Positions 1 to 10,616 of a stretch of DNA of 64,000 bases are shown here, piece by piece. Numbering within the stretch: position 1 is the first letter of the stretch; each line of letters starts with the position of its first letter. The stretch is from Bacteroidales bacterium (lineage in GTDB: Bacteria > Bacteroidota > Bacteroidia > Bacteroidales > Muribaculaceae): positions 22,143 to 86,142 of the forward strand of contig SUXG01000007.1 in assembly GCA_015061085.1 (NCBI GenBank), written 5' to 3'. The translations under genes were made by a program, and so were the position numbers. The notes beneath the pieces were generated by a model, which saw only the letters and a list, made by a program, of their open reading frames with translations, searched no databases and was not told the origin of the DNA.

Positions 1-659
<659 letters not shown>

Positions 660-676
660 TTAATAATTCTTGTTAA

Positions 677-1753
677 TTAAAAATGCCATCCTAATGCTAC
701 AAACACAGCCATTAGAACAAGATTAAACAATGAAAATGGCATCAAATATTTCCATTCAAAGGCCAACATTTGGTCAATTCTGATTCGTGGGAAGGTCCAC
801 TTAAACCAAATGATTACAAAAGAAATAAAGAATGCTTTTCCTATAAACCACACTACAGAAGGTATATAATCCATTATTGCATTAAAACCTTCCCATCCTG
901 GAATATGCAATGGCATCCAACCTCCGAGGAACATAAGTGTTGCAATACCCGATACCACAAATAAATTTAAATATTCTGCCAAATAGAAAAATCCATAGTG
1001 GATACCAGAATACTCTGTGTGATAACCTGCAGTCAACTCATGCTCTGCTTCAGGAAGGTCAAAAGGACCACGATTAGTTTCTGCAGTAGCAGCAATCAAA
1101 TAAATCAAGAATGCGATAAAGGCCGGGATATGTCCTTTAAAAATAAACCAACCATTTTCTTGTGCCCATACTAATTCATTGATATTCATTGTTCCGGCAA
1201 AAACTATAATTGTCAATATTGCAAGTCCTAATGACAACTCATAGCTAACCATTTGCGCACCACTACGCATTGCACCAATCAAAGTATATTTATTGTTACT
1301 TGACCATCCTGCCAAAAGAATCCCAATTACGCCACAAGAAGAAACAGCCAAAATAAACAATATACCAATATTATAGTCAATTATTTGCAATCCATAACCC
1401 CATGGAAGACAAGCAAACATAATAACCGACGATGCAATTACCATATAAGGAGCAAGAGCAAATAAGAACTTATCCGTATTCTTAAGTGGAATAATTTCCT
1501 TAATCAAAATCTTAAACATGTCGGCAAAGACTTGCAAAAGCCCCCAAGGGCCTACACGCATAGGGCCAAGACGACACTGGAACCATGCACACAACTTGCG
1601 TTCGTACAAGATATAGAACAATGCCAATAAAGCATACAAGACCAATAATATTACACCGATAACGACACACTCAATCAAAGTTGCTGCCCACTGTGGCATA
1701 ACACTGACCAACAATTCGTTTATCCAGTTTGTAACTACTCCAAAATTAAACAT
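677..1753 (-). CDS. nuoH: NADH-quinone oxidoreductase subunit H
   Basis: ERK..AWFQCRLGP, GLLQVFAD, AETNRGPFDLPEAE and GYHTEYSG motifs; multi-TM protein. Confidence 0.97.
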   Translation of the reverse strand: MFNFGVVTNWINELLVSVMPQWAATLIECVVIGVILLVLYALLALFYILYERKLCAWFQCRLGPMRVGPWGLLQVFADMFKILIKEIIPLKNTDKFLFALAPYMVIASSVIMFACLPWGYGLQIIDYNIGILFILAVSSCGVIGILLAGWSSNNKYTLIGAMRSGAQMVSYELSLGLAILTIIVFAGTMNINELVWAQENGWFIFKGHIPAFIAFLIYLIAATAETNRGPFDLPEAEHELTAGYHTEYSGIHYGFFYLAEYLNLFVVSGIATLMFLGGWMPLHIPGWEGFNAIMDYIPSVVWFIGKAFFISFVIIWFKWTFPRIRIDQMLAFEWKYLMPFSLFNLVLMAVFVALGWHF

Positions 1754-1783
1754 AATATTTTGTTCTATTTATTTACAATTAAA

Positions 1784-3412
1784 TTATCTATCTATATCCG
1801 GAATTACGAAGTCAAGTGCTGCACCGATTGTAATCAAGTCGGCAATCATCTGACCCTTGCAACACAAATCCATAACACCTACAAGGTTGAAACATGGACT
1901 TTGGAAGTGAACACGATATGGGTTCTTATTTCCGTCACTTTCGATAAACACGCCAAATGTGCCTCTACTTGCCTCTACTTGTTGATACCAACGTCCCACA
2001 GGTAATTTGATAATCTTAGGCACTTGTGCACGAATTTCACCCTCTGGGATATTATCTACCAATTGTTCAAGAATCTTAATACTTTGTTCGATTTCTTCTA
2101 AACGCAACAAATAACGAGCAAAACTATCTCCTTCTGTGTAAACGATTTCTTTAAAATCCAATTCGCTGTAGATTGAATATGGATGACGCTTACGGCAGTC
2201 GCATGCAAAACCTGACGCACGACCTGAAGGACCGGTAATTGCGTAGTTGATAGCATCTTCCTTCGACAATACACCAACACCCTTAGTTCTGTTTTGACCA
2301 ATAATATTGCCTGTAAACAATTTATGATATTCTTTAAGTCTTTCTGGCATAATTTTGCACAACGCTTTAACATCCTTCGCAAAGTCAGGATGCAAATCTG
2401 CAACGACACCACCGATTACATTGTAGTTCATTGACATACGTGCACCACAAGTCTTATCGAAAATATCCAAAACTTGTTCACGTTCACGGAATCCATAGAA
2501 AAATGCAGTTGTTGCCCCAAGGTCCATTGTCATACATCCGAAAGACAACAAGTGAGAAGAAATTCTCATCAACTCATCCATCATAACACGAATCACTTGA
2601 GCTCTACGTGGTATTTCAAGGCCCATTGCCTTTTCGATACACATACACAAACAATGACGATTCATGTGAGCACTCATATAGTCCATACGGTCTGTAAAGT
2701 GCAATGTCTGAGGATATGTCAAATCTTCACACAACTTTTCAATACCACGATGAATGTATCCTGAAACGACATCCACTTTCTTAACGGTTTCACCATCTAT
2801 AGATGCTCTAAAACGCATTACACCGTGAGTTGATGGGTGTTGTGGACCGATATTTACGACATACTCATCTTCCTCGAATACTTTTCCTTCAACTTTTACT
2901 ACCTTACCATCTTTTTCAACGTAAGCACATGTCTTATCCTCATTTACTTCGTCATCCATTCTGATAGGGTTCAATTCAGGATTTGCGTCGTAATCCTTTC
3001 TCAATGGATGTCCCACCCAATCATTACGCAAAAAGAATCTGCGCATATCAGGGTGATTAATGAATTTTATGCCGTAAAAATCATACGCTTCACGTTCTTG
3101 GAACAATGCAACTTTCCACAAATCGCTTACACTATGAAGCATTGGATTTTCACGATTTTCAGCTACTACTTTAACTGTAATTATATTCCAATTATTCTTT
3201 GTTGATGTCAGATAGTATAAGCAACCGATTGACTCTTTCCAATCCATACCGACAAGTGCCGACAAAACATCGAAACTCAAATCAGCATCCTCTTTGAGAG
3301 CTTTTGCCAACTGATACCAATCTTTATCAGGAACTACAACAAGCAAATTTTCACCCTCTTCGAATGTCGCAGAAGGACAAATTTTGCTAATTTTTTCTTG
3401 TATATTAACCAT
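1784..3412 (-). CDS. nuoCD: NADH-quinone oxidoreductase fused subunit C/D
   Basis: N-terminal EREAYDFYGI..GHPLRKDY (NuoC), then NIGPQHPSTHGV, GYIHRGIEK and C-terminal PDIDR (NuoD). Confidence 0.96.
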   Translation of the reverse strand: MVNIQEKISKICPSATFEEGENLLVVVPDKDWYQLAKALKEDADLSFDVLSALVGMDWKESIGCLYYLTSTKNNWNIITVKVVAENRENPMLHSVSDLWKVALFQEREAYDFYGIKFINHPDMRRFFLRNDWVGHPLRKDYDANPELNPIRMDDEVNEDKTCAYVEKDGKVVKVEGKVFEEDEYVVNIGPQHPSTHGVMRFRASIDGETVKKVDVVSGYIHRGIEKLCEDLTYPQTLHFTDRMDYMSAHMNRHCLCMCIEKAMGLEIPRRAQVIRVMMDELMRISSHLLSFGCMTMDLGATTAFFYGFREREQVLDIFDKTCGARMSMNYNVIGGVVADLHPDFAKDVKALCKIMPERLKEYHKLFTGNIIGQNRTKGVGVLSKEDAINYAITGPSGRASGFACDCRKRHPYSIYSELDFKEIVYTEGDSFARYLLRLEEIEQSIKILEQLVDNIPEGEIRAQVPKIIKLPVGRWYQQVEASRGTFGVFIESDGNKNPYRVHFQSPCFNLVGVMDLCCKGQMIADLITIGAALDFVIPDIDR

Positions 3413-3454
3413 ATATATAGTATCTACTCGTTTTACAATTTGTTTTCTGCAAAA

Positions 3455-4063
3455 TTACATTTGGCCTTCTAATTCAGGATGTTTAGCAAAGAATTCTGAT
3501 ATTTTTTCTTTTCTATTAACACCGCCAAAGAATTTCTGAACCTTAATTTTTCTCTGGAGTTGCATTAGTCCATAGAACATTGCTTCCGGACGCGGAGGGC
3601 AACCAGGCACATACACGTCAACAGGCAAAATCTGGTCAACACCATTCACTACACAATATGATTTCTTGAACGGACCACCTGACACAGCACAACCACCACA
3701 TGCAATCACATATTTTGGTTCAGCAAGTTGTTCGTATAAACGACGTAAAACCGGCGCCATTCTATGCACTATCGTTCCTTGCACCATGATATAGTCTGCT
3801 TGACGCGGGGAGTTACGAGCCACCTCAAAACCAAAACGTGCCATATCATATCTTGCTGCGCCTAAACACATGAATTCAATGGCACAACAACTTGTACCAA
3901 AGCACAAAGGCCACAAAGAATTTGCGATACCCCAATTCAACAGTTGGTCTAATTTACCAACCACAACATTTGCTCCGGTAGCATTGAGTTCTTCAACCAA
4001 CTGATCGATATATTCATTATCCTTGAAGTCCTCACGCTTCATGCTTTTTATTTTCACTTCCAT
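3455..4063 (-). CDS. nuoB: NADH-quinone oxidoreductase subunit B
   Basis: FGTSCCAIEFM, SPRQAD, PVDVYVPGCPPRPEA. Start placed at ATG 4063 (MEVKIK), overlapping the nuoA stop. Confidence 0.96.
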   Translation of the reverse strand: MEVKIKSMKREDFKDNEYIDQLVEELNATGANVVVGKLDQLLNWGIANSLWPLCFGTSCCAIEFMCLGAARYDMARFGFEVARNSPRQADYIMVQGTIVHRMAPVLRRLYEQLAEPKYVIACGGCAVSGGPFKKSYCVVNGVDQILPVDVYVPGCPPRPEAMFYGLMQLQRKIKVQKFFGGVNRKEKISEFFAKHPELEGQM

Positions 4064-4425
4064 TGCAATGCTCCTTTCCGCCAAGCGTATGCCAAGCCTA
4101 AAATTAGAATAAATAGAAATACTGCGATACTCAACAAGCCATATACTCCTAAGCTACGGCTTATTACAGCCCAAGGGTATAGGAATACTGTTTCAACGTC
4201 AAACATTAAAAACAAGATAGCAAATAAGTAATAACCCACCTTGAATTGAATCATTGACTTTCCTCTTGTAGGAATACCACATTCGTAAGGCTCAGCCTTC
4301 TTCACTGAATAAGAGCGAGGCCCGATCAGCTTCGCAATCAATAGAGCCGCAAAAACAAGCGCCAAACCGGTAATCGTTGCCGTAATAGCAAGTTCGCCGT
4401 TGCTTATGGCCAATAGTAAATCCAT
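4054..4425 (-). CDS. nuoA: NADH-quinone oxidoreductase subunit A
   Basis: PYECG, FLMFDVETVFLYPWA and YAWRKGALQW motifs; three TM helices. Confidence 0.96.
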   Translation of the reverse strand: MDLLLAISNGELAITATITGLALVFAALLIAKLIGPRSYSVKKAEPYECGIPTRGKSMIQFKVGYYLFAILFLMFDVETVFLYPWAVISRSLGVYGLLSIAVFLFILILGLAYAWRKGALQWK

Positions 4426-4498
4426 ATAATTGTCTATCTATTAGTTAATTATCTATTTTATTCACATTAACTCACAATGAGTCAAAATATTTTCAGCG

Positions 4499-4506
4499 CA
4501 AAGTTA
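4499..4506 (-). promoter_or_regulatory. Bacteroidetes sigmaA -7 element (TAACTTTG) for the nuo-atp run
   Basis: Matches TAnnTTTG about 75 nt upstream of nuoA. Confidence 0.6.
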
Positions 4507-4575
4507 CTTAAAAATACTTAAATTCCCAAAATTATTTAAACTTAATTTTTTATATTCCTAAATTGATCAGTTTGC

Positions 4576-4613
4576 AACAAAATTAGGGGCATAACCACCG
4601 TTACACCCCTAAT
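4576..4613 (-). terminator. Intrinsic terminator after the lipoprotein gene
   Basis: ATTAGGGGTGTAAC-GGTG-GTTATGCCCCTAAT followed by TTTGTT; the G-U pairs fit the minus strand. Confidence 0.75.
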
Positions 4614-4634
4614 AAATTATAATTTTGCCATAAA

Positions 4635-5546
4635 TCAATACGCTACTGAAGTAAACGACCCATTAAATCGACCATTAAATCTCCCTGCCACTTGAAAATC
4701 CACATTTATATCTGTCAATTTTTCGCCTTTACACACAAGTTCGAAATTGTTAAAAATGTAATCAGGATATGGGATCAAGTCATTTCCGACCAATGGAACA
4801 ACCCCTTCTTCCGGAGCACAAATCTTATATCCCTCTACTGTGTATTCTACATCTAATCCACGAAGATACATTGTCAGCTGAGGCATTGGTTCTGCAAATT
4901 TCGCATTATATAATCCCACTTCAGCTTTATTAGTGTTTGGATCGATAGCTACAGCATACAATGGCACATCCGACATATAAGATTGTTCTTTACCACCCAT
5001 AGCAAATGAAGTTATAGATGTTCCTCTATATCCTGCTATCAAAGGGAATGTTCGCAATATATATTCATCTCCAATCTCACAATCCATAATAACCATATCA
5101 CCTAATGGACGTGGATTATTATTACGCCAGCTATCAGGGCAGTAGTAAATATCTGTAAACAGACATTCCAAATCTGTAATATTATATGAGCTATCATATA
5201 CGCCATTCATCCTTGTATTTATCGATGGCACTTCAAACTTCAATGCCATTCCTTCAGAATAAGTCGCACCTATGAAATTAACAGGATCTGACACAAATGA
5301 CAATTTATTATTCAATGACAAGCCCAACATATCTGTTGACAATGTTATGGTATTGTTGACAAATTCATATTTGAAAACAAAAGGTACATTATAGACAGGA
5401 AATGATTGTGGATTATCTCCCGTTGTTGTCAATAAGCATGACACTTTACACTCTGATTTAAATCCATTTTCAGGAATATCATTCTCATCATTTTTGCAAG
5501 ACACAAGCACTAAGCATATTCCTGCAAGTAAAAACATTTTTTTCAT
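4635..5546 (-). CDS. Surface lipoprotein of unknown function, downstream of the TonB receptor
   Basis: Lipobox LVSC followed by an acidic KNDEND export-signal-like stretch; beta-rich. Confidence 0.75.
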   Translation of the reverse strand: MKKMFLLAGICLVLVSCKNDENDIPENGFKSECKVSCLLTTTGDNPQSFPVYNVPFVFKYEFVNNTITLSTDMLGLSLNNKLSFVSDPVNFIGATYSEGMALKFEVPSINTRMNGVYDSSYNITDLECLFTDIYYCPDSWRNNNPRPLGDMVIMDCEIGDEYILRTFPLIAGYRGTSITSFAMGGKEQSYMSDVPLYAVAIDPNTNKAEVGLYNAKFAEPMPQLTMYLRGLDVEYTVEGYKICAPEEGVVPLVGNDLIPYPDYIFNNFELVCKGEKLTDINVDFQVAGRFNGRFNGSFTSVAY

Positions 5547-5575
5547 CTTGTTCGTATTTAAGTTTAATAATTAAA

Positions 5576-7804
5576 TCATATATTAAATCTCAACGTAGCT
5601 CCAAATGTTACCGGTTTACCACGTTGCAAAAATTCATTACCAATTGAAACAAAATAGAAGGTTGAGTAATTTGTATTTGTTATATTTCTGCCCCATAATT
5701 GCAATGAACATATATCGAAATCCAATGTTAACGAACCTCCAAGCAATGCATAAAAATTTTGAATATTCTTATTCGCTTCATCCCAAAAGATTTTTCCTAC
5801 ACCACGCACATTGACATCAAACACAACCTCTTTGAGCCAATTAGTGTTGACTGCCATGTTATATGTCATTCCGGCAAAAGCCGTATGCTGAGGGACGTAT
5901 GGAAGATAATTTCCGGCAAAATTCTCTTTTCCATTGTCAAATTCCACAAATTTTGCATTCGTATATCCGTAGCTTAGATTAAGCAACAGATTTGACAATA
6001 TGGAATATTTCACAGACGCTTCCATACCGAAACTTCTTGTTTTTCCGGCATTAGTCATAATTCGTCCCGTTGTCGTACCATCCGGGAAAACCGTCATCTG
6101 TTGATTTCTGCAATCGATATAGAACAATGACGCATCAGCTATGATTTTATTGTCTTGTGTCGAATAATGCGCTCCAATTTCGTAATTCCAACTTTCTTCA
6201 GGTTCGTAGGTGATTATATCCTCAACATCATAATCGGCTCCAATCCCCATCATTCCCATAAGGCTTTGCTGGAGAAAATCACTAAACATTTGAGTGTTAA
6301 ATCCACCTGCTTTATACCCTTTCGTTGCTGAAACATATATATTGGCATTGCCAACAATATCAAAGTTATATGACGCACAGATCTTTGGCAACACCTCAAA
6401 AAATGAATTATCTAATTTCCCTTTTTCACTAATTTCAATCGGCACATACTTGTATAATTGAAGTTCAGCAGAATCCGACAAGTATTGATAGACATTATAG
6501 CCGGTGTTGCAATAACTATGATAATCTAATGTTGCATATTCATAATCAAATCGCAAACCTAATTTAAAGTTCCACCTTCCGACATTTAATGACGACTGAT
6601 GATATAAAGCTAACCCATAAGTATTATTTCTAAATTCGCTATTCAAAGGAAATTCTCTTGTTATCCACTCTATGGGATAATGAGGATTGGCTTCATTACG
6701 ATGCTTTTCTATCAATTGAGCGATACCATAATCCTTAAAGGTTACAGGCGCTATCATATCGAGATTTTTATAAAATCCAAAAACTCCGACTAACCAATTA
6801 TATTTACCCGTACTATTTCCTTTGACCACTATATCTTCTGTCAACACCAATTCTTTTTTTGCTTGAGTGAGGGTAAAATATTCCAATGGCAAAAAATCTT
6901 GGTCTAATGTCATATTATCATCAATATATTGCACTGACGAAATACTTGAAAGAGAAAATTTATCGGAAAACCATCTTAGCGTCAATCCATCATTAAGAGT
7001 AAATCGCTTATAAAAACATGTATCATTATATGCTATTTCTCCGGTCTTGACATATTCGTAGGGATACCCTCCTTGCTTAGAGTCTGAGGCTGCAAAAACA
7101 TTCTGCAACACGACATTATCTGCAATTCGCCATTCCAGTTTAGCTCTTCCACTGATTTGATTCTCCCAATCACATTTTTCATTATTATAGGAATTATGAT
7201 AAAAACCTCCGACAGACGAATAATATGCCGACAATGATAACGCCACATTATCTCTAAATTTATGATACCATGAAGCAGATCCTTTCCAACTATTCCCGGA
7301 TCCATATTCAGCCATTAATCTCCAACCTTGCCATTTCATCGGAGACAATGTTGTAATATTAATCAATCCACCCATGGTGTTTCTTCCATACAACGACGAT
7401 TGTGGACCTCGCAACATTTCTATTTTCACAATATCAACCAAATCAAAATCATAAGCATCTTTATTCATGATAGGGACATTATCCACATTCATTCCCACCG
7501 ATGGATTATCCATTCTTGCTCCTATCCCCCTCACATAAATTGATGATGTGATACGGCTTCCATAATCAGGAATATAAAAATTAGGGATAAAATCACTGGC
7601 TGCTTTTATAGTGGCTATTCTATTACGCTCTAATTGTTTCCTTGTGATAATAGTAGAAGATGTTTCTGCATTGCTAACATCCTGTTTAATAGCGGATACG
7701 CTTATCTCTTCAAGCATTATAGTATCCGGCATAGCATCACCTATTGCCATAGCTTGCTTGAAGACGCCTATTAATAAAATTAATATTATTACACCTCTTT
7801 TCAT
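5576..7804 (-). CDS. TonB-dependent outer-membrane receptor (non-SusC, siderophore/metal receptor-like)
   Basis: Signal peptide, plug motifs YVRGIG and IEMLRGPQSSLYGRNTMGG, C-terminal barrel strand. Start moved to ATG 7804. Confidence 0.9.
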   Translation of the reverse strand: MKRGVIILILLIGVFKQAMAIGDAMPDTIMLEEISVSAIKQDVSNAETSSTIITRKQLERNRIATIKAASDFIPNFYIPDYGSRITSSIYVRGIGARMDNPSVGMNVDNVPIMNKDAYDFDLVDIVKIEMLRGPQSSLYGRNTMGGLINITTLSPMKWQGWRLMAEYGSGNSWKGSASWYHKFRDNVALSLSAYYSSVGGFYHNSYNNEKCDWENQISGRAKLEWRIADNVVLQNVFAASDSKQGGYPYEYVKTGEIAYNDTCFYKRFTLNDGLTLRWFSDKFSLSSISSVQYIDDNMTLDQDFLPLEYFTLTQAKKELVLTEDIVVKGNSTGKYNWLVGVFGFYKNLDMIAPVTFKDYGIAQLIEKHRNEANPHYPIEWITREFPLNSEFRNNTYGLALYHQSSLNVGRWNFKLGLRFDYEYATLDYHSYCNTGYNVYQYLSDSAELQLYKYVPIEISEKGKLDNSFFEVLPKICASYNFDIVGNANIYVSATKGYKAGGFNTQMFSDFLQQSLMGMMGIGADYDVEDIITYEPEESWNYEIGAHYSTQDNKIIADASLFYIDCRNQQMTVFPDGTTTGRIMTNAGKTRSFGMEASVKYSILSNLLLNLSYGYTNAKFVEFDNGKENFAGNYLPYVPQHTAFAGMTYNMAVNTNWLKEVVFDVNVRGVGKIFWDEANKNIQNFYALLGGSLTLDFDICSLQLWGRNITNTNYSTFYFVSIGNEFLQRGKPVTFGATLRFNI

Positions 7805-8249
7805 TATATGCAAAATTACAACATTTTACACATCCATACAATCATTAATATTTGTGATTTTTTTGTTAGTTAATGTCATACCACATATAGTTAAATATTT
7901 ATATAATGCCTCCCCTTTTGATAATATTTAATTATATATCATTTGGTTATCTGACATCCTTTCACTATCTTTGCAATGCAATAGAGATCAAGAAAACTTC
8001 CTTAGATTACTTTGCGATGATTTATGAATTTTCAGACAAGCAATTTTTTATCTTTTATGCAAGAAGTATCTCGCTATACAACTGGGCTAAAGAAAAAAAT
8101 GTATAAATTGTTATGATTGAGTCAGAGAAGATTTATGCATGCATAAACTATTTCTTGCATGAGCAATTTGGATGAAATCAAACATAGATTACACAAAAGG
8201 AAAACTCCAAACGAACAAGTATTAAATTTTAGAAACTCCCATAAATATT

Positions 8250-9458
8250 ATGAAGTCAATAAAAGAATTATATAGAATCGGGACCGGACCATCTTCTTCC
8301 CACACAATGGGTCCACGTGTGGCTGCTAATCAATTCCTTAACAATCATCTTGATGCCTACAGATTTCAAGTGATACTTTATGGTAGTCTTGCAGCAACCG
8401 GAAAGGGACACATGACAGATGTGGCAATATTGGATACATTCCAAGCTGCAGAGTTTCCGGTAGAAATAATATGGAAACCCGACATCTTCCTACCATTCCA
8501 CCCCAACGGCATGACATTCCGCTCCATAGATAAAGAGGGCAACATCAAAGACGAATGGACAGTTTACAGCGTCGGTGGAGGAGCTATCGAAGAGGAAGGG
8601 AAACCTCGTGAAATTTCAAAAGAAGTCTACGACAAGCAAAATCTATCGGATATTCTCGACTTTTGCGAACGCACCGGTCATTGCTATTGGGAATATGTGG
8701 AACAATGTGAGGGTCCGGATATTTGGGATTTTCTTTCAGAAGTATGGGAGACAATGAAGCAGGCAGTCGAAAGAGGCCTACAAGCAGAAGGCAGATTGCC
8801 CGGTCCGCTCAATCTTCGCCGCAAAGCTCACTCCTACCATGTCAAAGCAGAAGGTTACAAAGACAATCTTCGTACGAGAGGCATGGTCTTTGCCTACGCC
8901 TTGGCAGTAAGCGAAGAAAATGCATCCGGTGGCAAAATTGTGACTGCTCCGACATGTGGATCATGTGGTGTATTGCCTGCTGTACTCTATCACGTGTGGA
9001 AAAGTCACCAATTCTCCGATCGCCAAATATTGCGTGCTGTAGCGACAGCCGGACTTTTCGGCAATGTCGTAAAACACAATGCCAGCATCTCGGGTGCAGA
9101 AGTTGGCTGCCAAGGAGAAGTCGGCGTAGCGTGTGCAATGGCAGCAGCTGCCACAAGTCAACTTTTCGGAGGAAGTCCTGCACAAATTGAATATGCTGCA
9201 GAAATGGGGCTTGAGCACCACCTTGGAATGACTTGCGACCCGGTGTGTGGACTTGTCCAAATTCCTTGCATCGAACGTAACGCCTACGCAGCAGCTCGCG
9301 CATTGGATGCCAATATATACGCATCGTTCACCGATGGCATCCATCGCGTATCATTCGACAAACTGATTAAGGTAATGAAAGAGACAGGTCACGACTTACC
9401 ATCGCTTTACAAAGAAACAGGCACAGGTGGACTTGCAAAAGATTACCAACAAATGTAA
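8250..9458 (+). CDS. sdaA: L-serine dehydratase (single-chain, Fe-S)
   Basis: GPSSSHT, GSLAATGKGH, VTAPTCGSCG, SGAEVGCQGE, GMTCDPV.GLVQIPCIERN. Confidence 0.96.
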   Translation: MKSIKELYRIGTGPSSSHTMGPRVAANQFLNNHLDAYRFQVILYGSLAATGKGHMTDVAILDTFQAAEFPVEIIWKPDIFLPFHPNGMTFRSIDKEGNIKDEWTVYSVGGGAIEEEGKPREISKEVYDKQNLSDILDFCERTGHCYWEYVEQCEGPDIWDFLSEVWETMKQAVERGLQAEGRLPGPLNLRRKAHSYHVKAEGYKDNLRTRGMVFAYALAVSEENASGGKIVTAPTCGSCGVLPAVLYHVWKSHQFSDRQILRAVATAGLFGNVVKHNASISGAEVGCQGEVGVACAMAAAATSQLFGGSPAQIEYAAEMGLEHHLGMTCDPVCGLVQIPCIERNAYAAARALDANIYASFTDGIHRVSFDKLIKVMKETGHDLPSLYKETGTGGLAKDYQQM

Positions 9459-9463
9459 CTCAC

Positions 9464-10378
9464 ATGTCTACATTTTCACTCCACACGTTAGGTTGTGGCT
9501 CAGCGAAACCATCACTTCGTCATAATCCGTCATCGACAGTTCTCAATATTCGTGAGAAACTGTTTATGATAGATTGTGGTGAGGGCACACAGCTCGAGTT
9601 TCAGCGTCAACGATTAAAATTCTCTCGGCTTAACAATATTTTTCTTACACACCTGCATGGCGACCATTGTCTTGGTCTTCCGGGTCTGATCAGCACCCTT
9701 GCCCTATTAAACAAGGGAGGATGTTTGACTATACACACATTCAAACCCGGCGTAAAAATATTTAAGAAAATTTTTAACTACTTCTGTCAAGATCGTCCGT
9801 ATGAAGTCATTTTCAATGAGATTGAGCCTGAAGAAGCATTGATATATGAAGATAATTCAATAACAGTAAGAACAGTTCCTTTAAACCATCGTCTGCCGGA
9901 TGTCGGCTTCATTTTTGAGGAGAAGCCTAAACAACGACACATAATCCGCGAAATGGTTGACTTCTACAAAGTCCCCATAGCTCAGTTAAGTTCTATCAAA
10001 GGTGGTAATCCTTTTATAAGAGAAGACGGAACAATAATTCCAAATGAAATTCTTACGCGACCTGCCACGCCTTCAATTAGATATGCACATATTTCTGACA
10101 CTGCATATATGCCGTATCTTGCCGAAAAAATTGGCGCTGTCGATTTGCTGTATCATGAAACGACATATCTTAACGAACATTTGGCTGATGCAGTACAAAG
10201 GGGACACTCAACAGCTGCACAAGCAGCCATGACTGCACGAGACGCCGGCGCGAAACAGTTACTTACCGGACACTATTCATCACGATACAAAGATGAATCA
10301 TTATTTGTTAAAGAAGCTCGTGAGATATTTGAAAATTCCATTCTAAATAAAGAAGGTCTCAAAATCGCCTTAGATTAA
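9464..10378 (+). CDS. rnz: Ribonuclease Z
   Basis: DCGEGTQ, THLHGDH metallo-beta-lactamase motif, HETTY, GHST, HYSSRY. Confidence 0.95.
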   Translation: MSTFSLHTLGCGSAKPSLRHNPSSTVLNIREKLFMIDCGEGTQLEFQRQRLKFSRLNNIFLTHLHGDHCLGLPGLISTLALLNKGGCLTIHTFKPGVKIFKKIFNYFCQDRPYEVIFNEIEPEEALIYEDNSITVRTVPLNHRLPDVGFIFEEKPKQRHIIREMVDFYKVPIAQLSSIKGGNPFIREDGTIIPNEILTRPATPSIRYAHISDTAYMPYLAEKIGAVDLLYHETTYLNEHLADAVQRGHSTAAQAAMTARDAGAKQLLTGHYSSRYKDESLFVKEAREIFENSILNKEGLKIALD

Positions 10379-10560
10379 GATTTATTACTACTCGGTAAAC
10401 ATCCAATGCTACATAGAATCAATGTAAGAGATACCCCCGACGCACCAACACTTATCATGAAAAAATGAGTGATTAAAAGCTTCAATATATGTTTATCCAG
10501 TACCAATAATTAAAATTAAGACAATTAAGACAAAGTCTTACACATAGCAATTATATACAC

Positions 10561-10606
10561 ATCATTGATAAAGCCCGACTCTGACGAATCGGGCTTTATC
10601 AATGAT
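10561..10606. terminator. Terminator hairpin between convergent rnz and adhesin genes
   Basis: 18-bp perfect arms ATCATTGATAAAGCCCGA / TCGGGCTTTATCAATGAT. Confidence 0.8.
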
Positions 10607-10616
10607 TATCTAAATA

